From a virus (Duplodnaviria > Heunggongvirae > Uroviricota > Caudoviricetes): a DNA stretch of 64,000 bases. Below, in pieces: positions 29,035-37,723 of this stretch. Where the stretch lies: IMG/VR virus record IMGVR_UViG_3300046522_000748, one strand, 5' to 3'. The position numbers and the translations under genes are program-made. Under the pieces are notes generated by a model that saw nothing but the letters and a program-made list of their open reading frames with translations, was not told the origin of the DNA and ran no database searches. The first letter of the stretch is position 1. Every line of letters begins with the position of its first letter.

Positions 29035-29625
29035 TTAGAGCTTGATGCCCTTCTCTGCCGCTTCTTCTTTGAAGTGTTTGACTTTAGAGTCTTCGCCCAG
29101 ATGCTTGCCGATTTCATCTATCGGGTGCGTGAGCCAACGAATGAGCGAGGAATCTTGTTGCTGGGCGGGCTTTTTCTTCCATTTTCTTTTCAGGTTACCC
29201 TTCCACAATTCCGCTTTTGTGTCGGGATCAAAACGTGTTGCCTCAATGAATTTTGCGCCAACACGTTTGAATTTGACCACCTGAGGTTTGCAGGAACTAT
29301 TACCGGTGCCTTTTTCTTTGTAAACAACACTTTTGTCAGCCTGTTCCCCCATTCTCTCCAGCGGATACCGGCAGTGATGGCGATTGTTCATAGGGCCATC
29401 CCAGACGTGAAAAACGTTGTAGCTGGTCGAGCTTGGGCCGATGTAAGCCTTACCAATGATGTTGCCCTGGCCATTCATTTCACCGCGCCATACGCCTGCC
29501 AGCGAGGTGCTGTCTGTTTGTTTGAAGTTTTGTTGCTCTTTTTGTGTCTGATCTTGTGCCTGGGTCATCATGGGAGTTGAACAAACGATGCCCAATAGGA
29601 TTAATCTTGATAGTTGTCTGATCAT
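29035..29625 (-). CDS. secreted protein (196 aa)
   Basis: N-terminal signal peptide (LILLGIVCSTPMMTQA). Confidence 0.45.
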   Translation of the reverse strand: MIRQLSRLILLGIVCSTPMMTQAQDQTQKEQQNFKQTDSTSLAGVWRGEMNGQGNIIGKAYIGPSSTSYNVFHVWDGPMNNRHHCRYPLERMGEQADKSVVYKEKGTGNSSCKPQVVKFKRVGAKFIEATRFDPDTKAELWKGNLKRKWKKKPAQQQDSSLIRWLTHPIDEIGKHLGEDSKVKHFKEEAAEKGIKL

Positions 29626-29870
29626 TGTTTTTTGGCTTTCTTGGGTTTCTTTTGAATGACCACATTGGCAACGTGTTCAATCGCTACGTTTTTCATCAGT
29701 GAGTAGCCATTTTCACCGCCTTTTGTTCCGCCGCCGAACCACTGCGCCAGCAGCGCAACGGCTTCAGCGCCTTTGACCTCCTCGCCATTTTCAAACTTGT
29801 CCCTGATGCTTTGCTTGACAGTAAGTTCGCCATATTCGCCATCTTCAAACAGTTTTTCAATCTTCATCAC
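29622..29870 (-). CDS. hypothetical small protein with Lys-rich C-terminus
   Basis: Overlaps the downstream start. Confidence 0.4.
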   Translation of the reverse strand: MMKIEKLFEDGEYGELTVKQSIRDKFENGEEVKGAEAVALLAQWFGGGTKGGENGYSLMKNVAIEHVANVVIQKKPKKAKKQ

Positions 29871-29898
29871 GCACCTCGTTGGTTGGAATTACAGGCAT

Positions 29899-29931
29899 AA
29901 AAAAACCGGCAGCCCGATGGACTGCCGGTTT
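29899..29931 (-). terminator. rho-independent terminator downstream of tRNA-Thr
   Basis: Minus strand: CCGGCAG tccatcgggc CTGCCGG followed by TTTTTTT. Confidence 0.5.
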
Positions 29932-29936
29932 GTATG

Positions 29937-30012
<76 letters not shown>

Positions 30013-30329
30013 GTTGATGTGTTCATTGTATATATCTGAGCTAGGCTAGGCAAGCATTATTTCATATTTTCTTGATTATTTTATTGGATGTTTGGTCAGT
30101 TAAAAAAATGAATGCTAATGACATTCAGCCTGTGAACATAGTCGCCTTTCTTATGAATCGTTGGTGATAATGCAGGGAGGTCGCAGCATCTGGTTAGCTC
30201 GTGGCCGTAAAGCCAGGGGTTCCCCGACTGATCGTTGTTGCCTGATCACCGCTTCCACAGCCTTGTAGGCAAAGCTGCCGTCCGCACGTGGGGCCAGTAC
30301 CTACGGCAAGTCCACGCAATGCTCTTACG

Positions 30330-30446
30330 CTGCATTGGGAAAGATCGAAGCACGTCAAGGGTGACTGTTTCGCAGTCAAAAGGGAAGTAGCGACACGTCC
30401 CAGATGGTGCGTCTATCGATGTTTTCCAATGCATCCTCTTTCGAGG
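30330..30446. repeat. hairpin-capped inverted-repeat element (family copy 5)
   Basis: CTGCATTGGGAAA ... TTTTCCAATGCA (12-bp stem) followed by the hairpin CCTCTTTCGAGG. Confidence 0.4.
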
Positions 30447-30526
30447 AAGTTGGTTTTTACTGCAAAGCTTCGGCGTGATTATATGGAGCACTAGGCTATT
30501 TTGTCAATAACGAAAACATCAAGGCT

Positions 30527-30730
30527 TTAAATCGAGCAGGTTTTACGGAGCAATTCTGCCGATGGTACACTTGCCCTCACCTTTTCCTCAATTTCAATAT
30601 CGTATAGACGCATTCTCTCACGACTTTCTGCAAATCGCTTGTCGATTGCCGCAGTTTCTTCCTGTGACAACTTACCTGCATTGTATAGGCGCAATTTTTC
30701 TGTAATTTCAAGCAATGCGGCGAGGGACAT
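30527..30730 (-). CDS. hypothetical small protein
   Basis: 67-aa ORF. Confidence 0.3.
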   Translation of the reverse strand: MSLAALLEITEKLRLYNAGKLSQEETAAIDKRFAESRERMRLYDIEIEEKVRASVPSAELLRKTCSI

Positions 30731-30893
30731 TATTCTTACTTCCTGAGTTTTCGTTTAAAAGTTTAATTATACTCACAAGAAATAGTGGAGAGGCATTAAA
30801 CCGAGACGGGACTTTAACCCGTCGAACTCTGTCGTCATCACAGTGCCCTTTTCGCTCGGCCACCGATCTAATGCCTTTCCAGTACAGCCTGAA

Positions 30894-31316
30894 TTAAGAA
30901 CTTTGTGTCTCTTCTATGGGTGTCCACTTTGTGGCGTCCAACTCATGGGCTTTCCACTGATCGATACTGCCATCACCAAAGATTGTCATAATAATGTAGT
31001 CACCACATTTACGGCCATCAGTAACCTGTAGCTCATCAGGGACATAATGGCTTTTGAGCTTGGCAATTCTCTGTTTATTTTCATCAAGCAGCCAATAAAG
31101 TCCAGCATCGCAGACTTTGTAATACACACGAGCCTCAATTCCGGCTGGCCAGTTTAAAACATGACCTGAACGAAGATCGATAGTTGGCATCCAGCCATCG
31201 CCTTTCCGAAATGGAATCTTGCCTCCGGTATCAGCAACACCGTTGATATAGCCGTCTTCCCAATATCGAACGCCAGCATCTAACTCAATGAATCGCGCTT
31301 GTTTGATGTCAAACAT
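30894..31316 (-). CDS. hypothetical protein (140 aa)
   Basis: ORF with plausible composition. Confidence 0.45.
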   Translation of the reverse strand: MFDIKQARFIELDAGVRYWEDGYINGVADTGGKIPFRKGDGWMPTIDLRSGHVLNWPAGIEARVYYKVCDAGLYWLLDENKQRIAKLKSHYVPDELQVTDGRKCGDYIIMTIFGDGSIDQWKAHELDATKWTPIEETQSS

Positions 31317-31571
31317 ATTCTTGATTAATCCCGCTGCTTTTCACCAGTTTACACTATTTGCATAGGGGATCAGCTTATTACCAAGCTGATCTCCAATACA
31401 ACCTCTTGCGAGGTGATTGGGCGGTCTCTCCCGCCGTCACGGCACTACCTTCCGTCCTCGTGATACCTTTGGCGTTTCAGGTGCGTGGACTTCGATTTAT
31501 CTAATCGTCACCGTACTAAGCACTAGGCATTCTTTAGCATTTGGCCTCATTGCTGAAACCGCATGCGGGTA

Positions 31572-32417
31572 TTACTTCACATTGATGCCTGGGTTAGCGC
31601 CCGGCGCCATGATGATGCAGCTCGCACCCTTGGATTCGCAGGCCGTGGCGTACGCATTGATCGCGGCCAGTTGAATCACCTGCTCAGGGGTGTATTTCAT
31701 TTTATTTGCATACTCCTGGTCAGCATCGGCACGGGAGCCTTCCGCTTTCTTGCGCTTGATTTCAGCCTGATCGGTGGCATCCATCGTTTTCGCACGTTGC
31801 TGCTCTGCTGCTGTTTTGTTCATTTGAGAAAGCACGTCTTCATTAGGACGACCGCGACCCATGTTGAAGTCTGTAATGATAACACTAATACCGTCTTTTT
31901 TGGCGCGATCATTCAGCTCAACAAGCAGATTTTTTTCCATTTCCGCCGCAACTTTTGGATCAGTCATGATCTCTGTCATAGTGTGTGCTTTTGTTTGGTC
32001 GCGGAAGGAACTCGACCAAGGTTGGCGCAGATTGTTGTTGAACCACTCTTCGCCTTTGTTCTGAATCAGCTTACGAGCATCGGTAACCTGTACCTGAATG
32101 GAAGTGGAGAAGTCCAGGAGGATGTTGTCCGAGGTTGGCAGATCGTCAAACTGCATTGGGATTGTTTGTGGAGTCATCTGCACTGGAATCGCGATGGTGG
32201 TGTTCCACTCACGGCTACGAGTGCCTGATTTTTGTGTTTCTGGACGAACGCCTTCATGGCCCCAGAAATACGGTCGATCCACAATCACACTTTCGTAGCC
32301 GTTTTCTGTAATAACGGAATACTGGAATGTCGCCCAAATAAAAGCATAAATCACGGCGAAGATGAGCAGGAAGCCGCCTAAAAGCCCTACTGTCGCATTG
32401 CCACGCTGATTGTTCAT
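31572..32417 (-). CDS. SPFH/band-7 (stomatin/prohibitin-like) membrane protein
   Basis: N-terminal TM helix, then a band-7-like core and a charged coiled-coil tail (AAEQQRAKTMDATDQAEIKRKKAEGSRADADQ). Confidence 0.5.
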   Translation of the reverse strand: MNNQRGNATVGLLGGFLLIFAVIYAFIWATFQYSVITENGYESVIVDRPYFWGHEGVRPETQKSGTRSREWNTTIAIPVQMTPQTIPMQFDDLPTSDNILLDFSTSIQVQVTDARKLIQNKGEEWFNNNLRQPWSSSFRDQTKAHTMTEIMTDPKVAAEMEKNLLVELNDRAKKDGISVIITDFNMGRGRPNEDVLSQMNKTAAEQQRAKTMDATDQAEIKRKKAEGSRADADQEYANKMKYTPEQVIQLAAINAYATACESKGASCIIMAPGANPGINVK

Positions 32418-32612
32418 TAGATTCCCTTAATATATGTCTTCTGTCATCTCATGACGACTTAAGTTACGCGCATATAATATCCAATTATCCAATATATGTA
32501 CATTTATTTTTAGGCCCTCACGAATGACAGCGTGGTTGACTTTTCTTGCAGCTTCCATATAATGGCCTCATTCTTCACAGAGATATCATCTCTGCGCAAA
32601 CCAAGGAGCTTT

Positions 32613-32999
32613 ATGAAATCTGGTTTTCTGTTCACCGCAGCTTTCTGCCTGACAGCTGTCGTCACCCCTGCTCTCGCTGAGCCTACAGTTGTCTCCAAAA
32701 AAGGCCATAAGGTGATGTACATTAGTGATGTACACCCCGGCAACGAAGGCCTGCTGCCTGAAGCTGAGCAGATGGCGAAGCAATTCGGCACCTATGATCA
32801 ATTGGCCAACAGCATTTCGATTGATCAGGCATTCGTTTGGGTCGGGACGATCATTACAAAGGATGCAGATGCCTGCACAGAAAGCACGCATGCCATTGAT
32901 CAGTTTATCGAGAAGGAAATTAAAACCGGTAAGACGGTATCGCGTGTTGGGAAGCCTGTGATGAAGATTACCAACAAGCCGATTGCCTGCCCGGCATGA
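32613..32999 (+). CDS. small secreted protein
   Basis: AAGGAG Shine-Dalgarno, then a signal peptide MKSGFLFTAAFCLTAVVTPALA. Confidence 0.45.
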   Translation: MKSGFLFTAAFCLTAVVTPALAEPTVVSKKGHKVMYISDVHPGNEGLLPEAEQMAKQFGTYDQLANSISIDQAFVWVGTIITKDADACTESTHAIDQFIEKEIKTGKTVSRVGKPVMKITNKPIACPA

Positions 33000-33079
33000 G
33001 GCCGATTTGGCGGGGCGGCGTCCCGCCACATTGAGATCTGTGCCAGTCAACTGATTGTGTTTTCTATTCAATGTGAAAC

Positions 33080-33103
33080 AAAAAGCCCGCTCAATGGCGG
33101 GCT
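33080..33103 (-). terminator. rho-independent terminator
   Basis: Minus strand: AGCCCGC cattga GCGGGCT followed by TTTTT. Confidence 0.45.
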
Positions 33104-33125
33104 AGATTGTGACAGGCGTTCTGCG

Positions 33126-33386
33126 TCACATATTGAACGCGTCCAGGGCCTCTTTACAGGTCATCTGGTAGCCGAGCGAGGCTCCTTCTGAATCACCTCG
33201 CATTGGTCCTGTATCAGTCATGACCCAAGGTACTTCGTTTTCACCCATCGTAAACGCTAGACCGTTCTGGTCACAGGCAACCCATTGTGATCGAGAAGAA
33301 AGCTGGTCGGCTGCGGCATACGCCAATCCACAAAGCCCAAGAGCGATGAGAGCCGCCAAGATGCGCAGCTGAATTCGTATTTTCAT
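33126..33386 (-). CDS. small secreted protein (start at MKIRIQLRIL)
   Basis: Signal peptide ALIALGLCGLAYAA. Confidence 0.4.
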   Translation of the reverse strand: MKIRIQLRILAALIALGLCGLAYAAADQLSSRSQWVACDQNGLAFTMGENEVPWVMTDTGPMRGDSEGASLGYQMTCKEALDAFNM

Positions 33387-33404
33387 GTTTTCACTCGATT
33401 GATG

Positions 33405-33563
33405 TGTACCGGTTCTGCATTGGAAACCCATGTGAAGAGACTCGAACTCTCAGATCTCGGCAGTTTGTCCCGACCGTGGATCGCGCGCCTTCCCGGTTCT
33501 GAGTCCCGGTTTAGGTGCCGCCTGCGTCTACCAATTTCGCCACACATGGGTTTCCAATGCAGC
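33405..33563. repeat. hairpin-capped inverted-repeat element (family copy 1) enclosing a tRNA-like gene
   Basis: 20-bp perfect IR CTGCATTGGAAACCCATGTG (33405-33424 / 33532-33551), then the hairpin CCTCCTAGGAGG (33552-33563). Confidence 0.5.
33417..33538 (-). tRNA. tRNA-Leu-like (type II-like) gene, ~122 nt, with ~35 nt extra between D and T arms; no CCA
   Basis: Minus strand: acceptor CCATGTG/CACATGG (7 bp). 5' TGGCGAAATTGGTAGACGC matches the tRNA-Leu D arm. T arm GAGAG-TTCGAGT-CTCTT. I could not resolve the anticodon arm. Confidence 0.35.
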
Positions 33564-33744
33564 CTCCTAGGAGGATGTTTTGGGCAGGGCTGGAGGCAAA
33601 TTCCAGCTTTTCAAAGTGCCTTGGCCACGGGTTACATCACGTATAGCTTAATGAAAAGCAGCCCCGTTATTATGCGACAGCCGTTGCCGATTGAACGACA
33701 TTCCTGCTTTTGAATTATACAATATTTTCTTAAAAATATTATAT

Positions 33745-33838
33745 GCATCGGCAGAATGATTTGGTGATGGATTCGAACCATCGTCCCGGAATACCGCGCC
33801 GCTGATCAAACGGCCCTGCCAAATCACTCTCCGATGCA
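33745..33838 (-). ncRNA. tRNA-like hairpin element (GCATCGG-stem family, copy A)
   Basis: ~19-bp imperfect stem GCATCGGcAGAaTGATTTGG/CCAAATCAcTCTcCGATGC enclosing a T-arm-like hairpin GATGG-ATTCGAA-CCATC and an anticodon-like hairpin. It cannot be folded into a full cloverleaf. Confidence 0.3.
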
Positions 33839-34678
33839 CTCTCGTGAGAGAGTGTGGTCGGCATACGTATGCCGATTGATGCACATGACCGGTGCTTATC
33901 TCCGGCTTGGCGGATATGCCACTCCCAGGCATTGCTGCCTGCCATTTTCCACCTATGCCATGGTTGGCCCAGAGGCAGTAGCGCTTCAGCTAGCGCATCC
34001 ATATGCATCGGGGAGTGATCAAGCACAAGCCAATCACTTTCCGATGCACTCTCGTGTGAGAATGCAGTAAAACGTGTGACACAAATGACCGGCACTGAAC
34101 TCCGGCTTTAAGGCGCCAAATCCACCATGCCGTTTCGGGTTTGCTTCCAGGTGGCAATTAAGCTCTCAGTTATCTGGGCTGCGCATCAGCCTACGCATTC
34201 ATTCGCATCGGGGTGTGATCTGGCCGGTGCTGGTCTCCGGCATTCGTGGTTATCTGGTGGCCTGCAACCTTCAGGCTCTACGAACTGGGCACAACCCCAA
34301 CGTCAGATTCGCATTACTTGGAATCACCGAACAGCTCCCGGATGTTTGTGGTTACGGGAGTGCCTGTCCGATGTGTTCCCCACGATCAAGCTTGCTTGCG
34401 CATCAGCCTACGCATTCAGATCACACCCCGATGCGCTCTCAAAGAGAGTAATCGGGCAGTTAGCGACAGGCTGTCGTGCAGTGATTCTGTGTCCGAAGGA
34501 GGTCGGACCGGCATGCAAGGCCATTACGCCATTCACCCACCTATCGGGCTCTGTCACCCCTTCATAACGCGTTCGGGGTTTTACGCGGCGATCCAGACTT
34601 ACTTTTATATGGGGTTCCAGGGTCGCATCTCGCCCATTTCGTTTTGGCTTACGCCTAATTCTTGCGGTGCATCTGAAG

Positions 34679-34802
34679 CTGTATTGGAATGTCGGTCCAC
34701 ACCATTTTGTGCAATCAACGTCCGGGTGTTCGCCACAATCCGATTGCTCTGGAGATGCTTTTTTAATGACCCGCCGACATTCCGATACAGCCTCTTTCGA
34801 GG
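34679..34802. repeat. hairpin-capped inverted-repeat element (family copy 2)
   Basis: CTGTATTGGAATGTC (34679-34693) pairs with GACATTCCGATACAG (34776-34790), including one G.U pair. Followed by CCTCTTTCGAGG (34791-34802). Confidence 0.45.
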
Positions 34803-35110
34803 TGATCGGGCCGTCTTTCCGGCTGTCGCAGACCAACGATTGAGCCGGTAGGTCTGAACGGCTATCCCTTTATGCGCTTGGGAGTCCAGCGGCCGGTTAA
34901 CCCCGGTCAGGATTCTTTGTGACACTCATCTTACGTGAGGAGTGTGGTATTCGGGTGACGCTGATGGCCGGTACTGAACTCCGGCTTGACGCTCTCCTGG
35001 GCGTGTTAGCGTATTTCGCCTCGCAAGTGGTCTCTCACCACCTCTTCCCTTTCGGGTTGCCCCAGCCAGTTGCGCATCAGCCTGCGCATTCATCAACATC
35101 GGTGTTGCTA

Positions 35111-35198
35111 TGGAGCGGGTACATGGATTCGAACCATCAGCCGCTAAGCCGCCTTCATCCACTAGTAGGATTTGCCCCCGTTGGGCTCGGTTCCCCGC
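35111..35198 (-). tRNA. aberrant tRNA-like gene (~88 nt) with encoded CCA
   Basis: 3' end ...GATGG-TTCGAAT-CCATG-TACCCGC-T-CCA and 5' GCGGGGA (6/7 acceptor pairs). The D and anticodon arms are non-canonical (anticodon-like loop TACTAGT). Likely a pseudo-tRNA or a type II variant. Confidence 0.3.
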
Positions 35199-35203
35199 AA
35201 ATC

Positions 35204-35274
35204 TGGCGCCCCTACGTGGAGTTGAACCACGCGACTGACGCATGATCAGTGCGACCGTCAATCCCTCCAGGGCA
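35204..35274 (-). tRNA. aberrant short tRNA-like gene (~71 nt) with encoded CCA
   Basis: T arm CGTGG-TTCAACT-CCACG; 3' acceptor TAGGGGC-G-CCA; anticodon-like stem-loop ACTGA-TCATGCG-TCAGT; rudimentary D arm. Confidence 0.3.
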
Positions 35275-35416
35275 AATTCTAATGCAAATGGCCGGTACTG
35301 AACTCCGGCTCAGCCAATCTTTTCTGTTAGGCAGTTTCAACGGCATGCCGTCTCATATACCTGTAAACCCTTTTGGCCCATCCAGTTTCTCAGTGCGCCT
35401 CAGTCGGCGCCAACAT

Positions 35417-35491
35417 CTGCATTGGTAGGTTTACCGAATTGAGCCGCGCTAAACGGTTTCCAGTGAACCTCCAATACAGCCTCTTTCGAGG
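35417..35491. repeat. hairpin-capped inverted-repeat element (family copy 3, short)
   Basis: CTGCATTGGTAGGTT (35417-35431) pairs with GAACCTCCAATACAG (35465-35479), then CCTCTTTCGAGG (35480-35491). Confidence 0.4.
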
Positions 35492-35524
35492 CTAATCCTG
35501 CCAGCCGCTTCTTTGTCTTGCCAT

Positions 35525-35770
35525 TTACACGTGCCGATTGATTTTGAGCGTCCATTCGCGGTCGCCATCTTCTGACAGCGCGACCTCGTGAGACTTTTTC
35601 AGCGCTCTGACAATGACGCTCTCTGTGGCCAGGACAGGCTCTTTGTCTTCATCGTCACCAATTTCCGCAGCCAAATACAGCTTTTCTGCCGCCACTTCCT
35701 TAACCAGCGCTTTGCGGGTCGTATAGACAGTGATCTCGTAGGCTTCGTTAACGGTTGTGTAAATCGTCAT
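35525..35770 (-). CDS. possible small acidic protein (81 aa) inside the RNA island
   Basis: Only sizeable ORF in this region with protein-like composition; weak Shine-Dalgarno. Confidence 0.25.
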   Translation of the reverse strand: MTIYTTVNEAYEITVYTTRKALVKEVAAEKLYLAAEIGDDEDKEPVLATESVIVRALKKSHEVALSEDGDREWTLKINRHV

Positions 35771-35852
35771 CAGAAATTCCGTAATCTGTTTGGTGTGCAA
35801 TCGCACAGTGCATTGGGGTGAAATCTGACCGGATGTGATCCCGGCATGTGCT

Positions 35853-35920
35853 GGTGGACTCGAACCACCGACGCGCCTTTTGCGAGGCCGCTCTACCGAC
35901 TGAGCTACGCACTACGCTAT
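35853..35920 (-). tRNA. tRNA-like pseudogene (5' half GCGTAGCTCAGTCGGTAGAGCG plus T arm GGTGG-TTCGAGT-CCACC)
   Basis: Canonical D arm and T arm, but neither the acceptor nor the anticodon stem can be paired. Confidence 0.3.
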
Positions 35921-36029
35921 CTGTTCACCGGGCCTAGGAATCCCGTCACCGTCAAGCCTATTGAGTCACAAACTCACTTTCAGATTCCACCCCAATGCAT
36001 CCCCAAAGGGGCAGTGGACTTAAAACTGC

Positions 36030-36175
36030 ATTAGTGGAGGCAGCGAAAACTACATGCCATGCTTCGGATATTATCCGAGTCAGGGAATTGAACCCCGGAG
36101 ACACCCAATTTGATGCTTGCCGAGTGTTCGATGCTTCCCTAATGCAGTTTTGTTTACAAGAGCATGTTCTGCTCT
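36030..36175. repeat. inverted-repeat element variant (CTGCATTAG ... CTAATGCAG) enclosing T-arm-like sequence
   Basis: 9-bp IR with the same CTGCATT core. Inside lies CCGGGG-TTCAATT-CCCTG. Followed on the minus strand by the hairpin ACAAGAGC-AGAACAT-GCTCTTGT. Confidence 0.3.
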
Positions 36176-36187
36176 TGTTGGGCTATT

Positions 36188-36216
36188 CTAGCGAGACTAG
36201 ATGTCTGTGTCAATAT
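36188..36216 (-). promoter_or_regulatory. sigma70-like promoter reading into the RNA island (TTGACA-N17-TAGAAT)
   Basis: Minus strand: TTGACA cagacatctagtctcgc TAGAAT. Confidence 0.35.
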
Positions 36217-36257
36217 CATTTTTAGGTTTTTTGAGTGTATTCGTATTTGATACTGAT

Positions 36258-36575
36258 TTAGTGGATGGCAAGCACATTACTTCGCTGAATCATCAAAATA
36301 TCATCTATCTGTAATCCGTGATAATTTGTATTTTTAAGCACGTTGGCAACTGAGCCGTACATGTGAAGTGGCCCTACTGCCAGAAGATCCACCCAGAACG
36401 CTTCACTGCCTTTTTTGCCGTAATCGCCTACGCCCACTTTCACATAATCGCCAACCTCTAATGAATAAAGTTCGTCTGCGTCCGGAAGCGTTATGGCAAT
36501 GTCTGGCTTGCCTGCGATTTCTTGTGCGTCATGGAGATCTGCGTGTTTAACTGAATTTGGGTCAAATGTGGTCAT
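36258..36575 (-). CDS. hypothetical protein (105 aa)
   Basis: ORF. Confidence 0.45.
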   Translation of the reverse strand: MTTFDPNSVKHADLHDAQEIAGKPDIAITLPDADELYSLEVGDYVKVGVGDYGKKGSEAFWVDLLAVGPLHMYGSVANVLKNTNYHGLQIDDILMIQRSNVLAIH

Positions 36576-36634
36576 GGTTCGCTCTAATAATGTGAGTGGT
36601 CGTTAGCGGCAAGTGGTTTGAATTTCATATATTA

Positions 36635-37108
36635 TCAAATGTGCGCTTCAAGCGCCTCTTTCTTGCGTCGGAAGATTTGCTTCTTCCTGCTTAAGACTTC
36701 GTTGTCGATGTCGCCAATGTCATGGCCTCGTTTTTCATGAGTAATCAGCGCCGCAATCATCGCATTATTAAGCTTGGTAAAAGTGCCGATATAAGTGGAT
36801 TCACCCTCATCGTTGGAGAGATATGGCACGGACTCCTCGTAATAAACGGAGAATTCATTGGGGGTGTGGAACAGTCGAACAACCTCGGCATGGCCACCAT
36901 AATGCTCGCCAAAATTATTACCTTGAGTCGGTGTGGTGCAAATGCGCACGCCGACTAGTTCTCCTTCCTCGACGTTCCGATAGTTGTACACGCCCTGATA
37001 GACCGAAAATCCATGAAAATCGTTTGCTGATTTCACGGATGCCAATCGCACAAATTCTTTGTCCTTTAGCATTTCGTCAATTTGTTCGTCATTTATTAAG
37101 TCTTTCAT
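36635..37108 (-). CDS. hypothetical protein (start at MKDLINDEQ with GAGGG Shine-Dalgarno)
   Basis: ORF 36635..37171; the start is placed at the in-frame ATG with a Shine-Dalgarno. Confidence 0.45.
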   Translation of the reverse strand: MKDLINDEQIDEMLKDKEFVRLASVKSANDFHGFSVYQGVYNYRNVEEGELVGVRICTTPTQGNNFGEHYGGHAEVVRLFHTPNEFSVYYEESVPYLSNDEGESTYIGTFTKLNNAMIAALITHEKRGHDIGDIDNEVLSRKKQIFRRKKEALEAHI

Positions 37109-37237
37109 GATTCGCCCTCTGTAGCCTCTGTATTGTTCAATTATACAGGAATCTCGTAACTCATACCTCATGTCACTATCATTGACATATGCCTGGATGA
37201 TGGTTAAAATATCGCTAATTCAACACAGGTGCGGATT

Positions 37238-37633
37238 ATGATTACTCCAGAACTGTTGCAACAAAAGGCTCAACAGGCATCAGGCATAGAACAACATTTT
37301 TTGACCCTGGCTCAGCAATTTATGGTGCGCCAAAACATGAGTGGCGCCGCTGCTGTCGGCTCATTCATCGATCAAAACCTGAAGGTTCCAAAAGCTGGTG
37401 AGCGTGTTTTGATGCCCGCTGGTGTGGAAATTCGAACGACTGGCAAGAAAGGCGTCTTCACGTCGAAGCGCAAGCAGATTGTGACGGTTCACCGGGTAAG
37501 TGATGGCGGTCTCTATGAGGAGCGCGGAGAGGTCGTGGAGATCCCTGCATCCATCATCTGGGCTGGCGCCGGAGGTTATTGGTGCGAGGTCGCTGTCCGT
37601 GACTGGGCGAGCGCTGCGGGTATAGTCGGTTGA
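37238..37633 (+). CDS. hypothetical protein
   Basis: AGGTG Shine-Dalgarno 8 nt before the ATG. Confidence 0.45.
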   Translation: MITPELLQQKAQQASGIEQHFLTLAQQFMVRQNMSGAAAVGSFIDQNLKVPKAGERVLMPAGVEIRTTGKKGVFTSKRKQIVTVHRVSDGGLYEERGEVVEIPASIIWAGAGGYWCEVAVRDWASAAGIVG

Positions 37634-37671
37634 CAGCAGGGTGCTGCCCTACCCTGACTTTAAACTCAAAC

Positions 37672-37714
37672 TAAAAAGCCGATGCCCTTCTTCTGGTCAT
37701 CGGCTTTTGCGTTT
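37672..37714. terminator. bidirectional rho-independent terminator
   Basis: AAAAAGCCGATG ...13 nt... CATCGGCTTTTGCGTTT, between convergent genes. Confidence 0.55.
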
Positions 37715-37723
37715 GGTTGTGTG

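Noticed and set aside
33648-35261. Multiple overlapping ORFs of 78-201 aa on both strands in the ORF track (e.g. 34246..34851, 33739..34095, 34926..35261)
   Set aside because: They overlap each other, tRNA-like elements and repeat motifs. There are no Shine-Dalgarno sites, and composition is Arg/Pro/Gly-rich, as in GC-rich non-coding sequence.
33405-36216. Retron (msr/msd flanked by a1/a2 inverted repeats)
   Set aside because: No reverse transcriptase ORF nearby. The IR cores are conserved across copies, unlike single-copy retron a1/a2.
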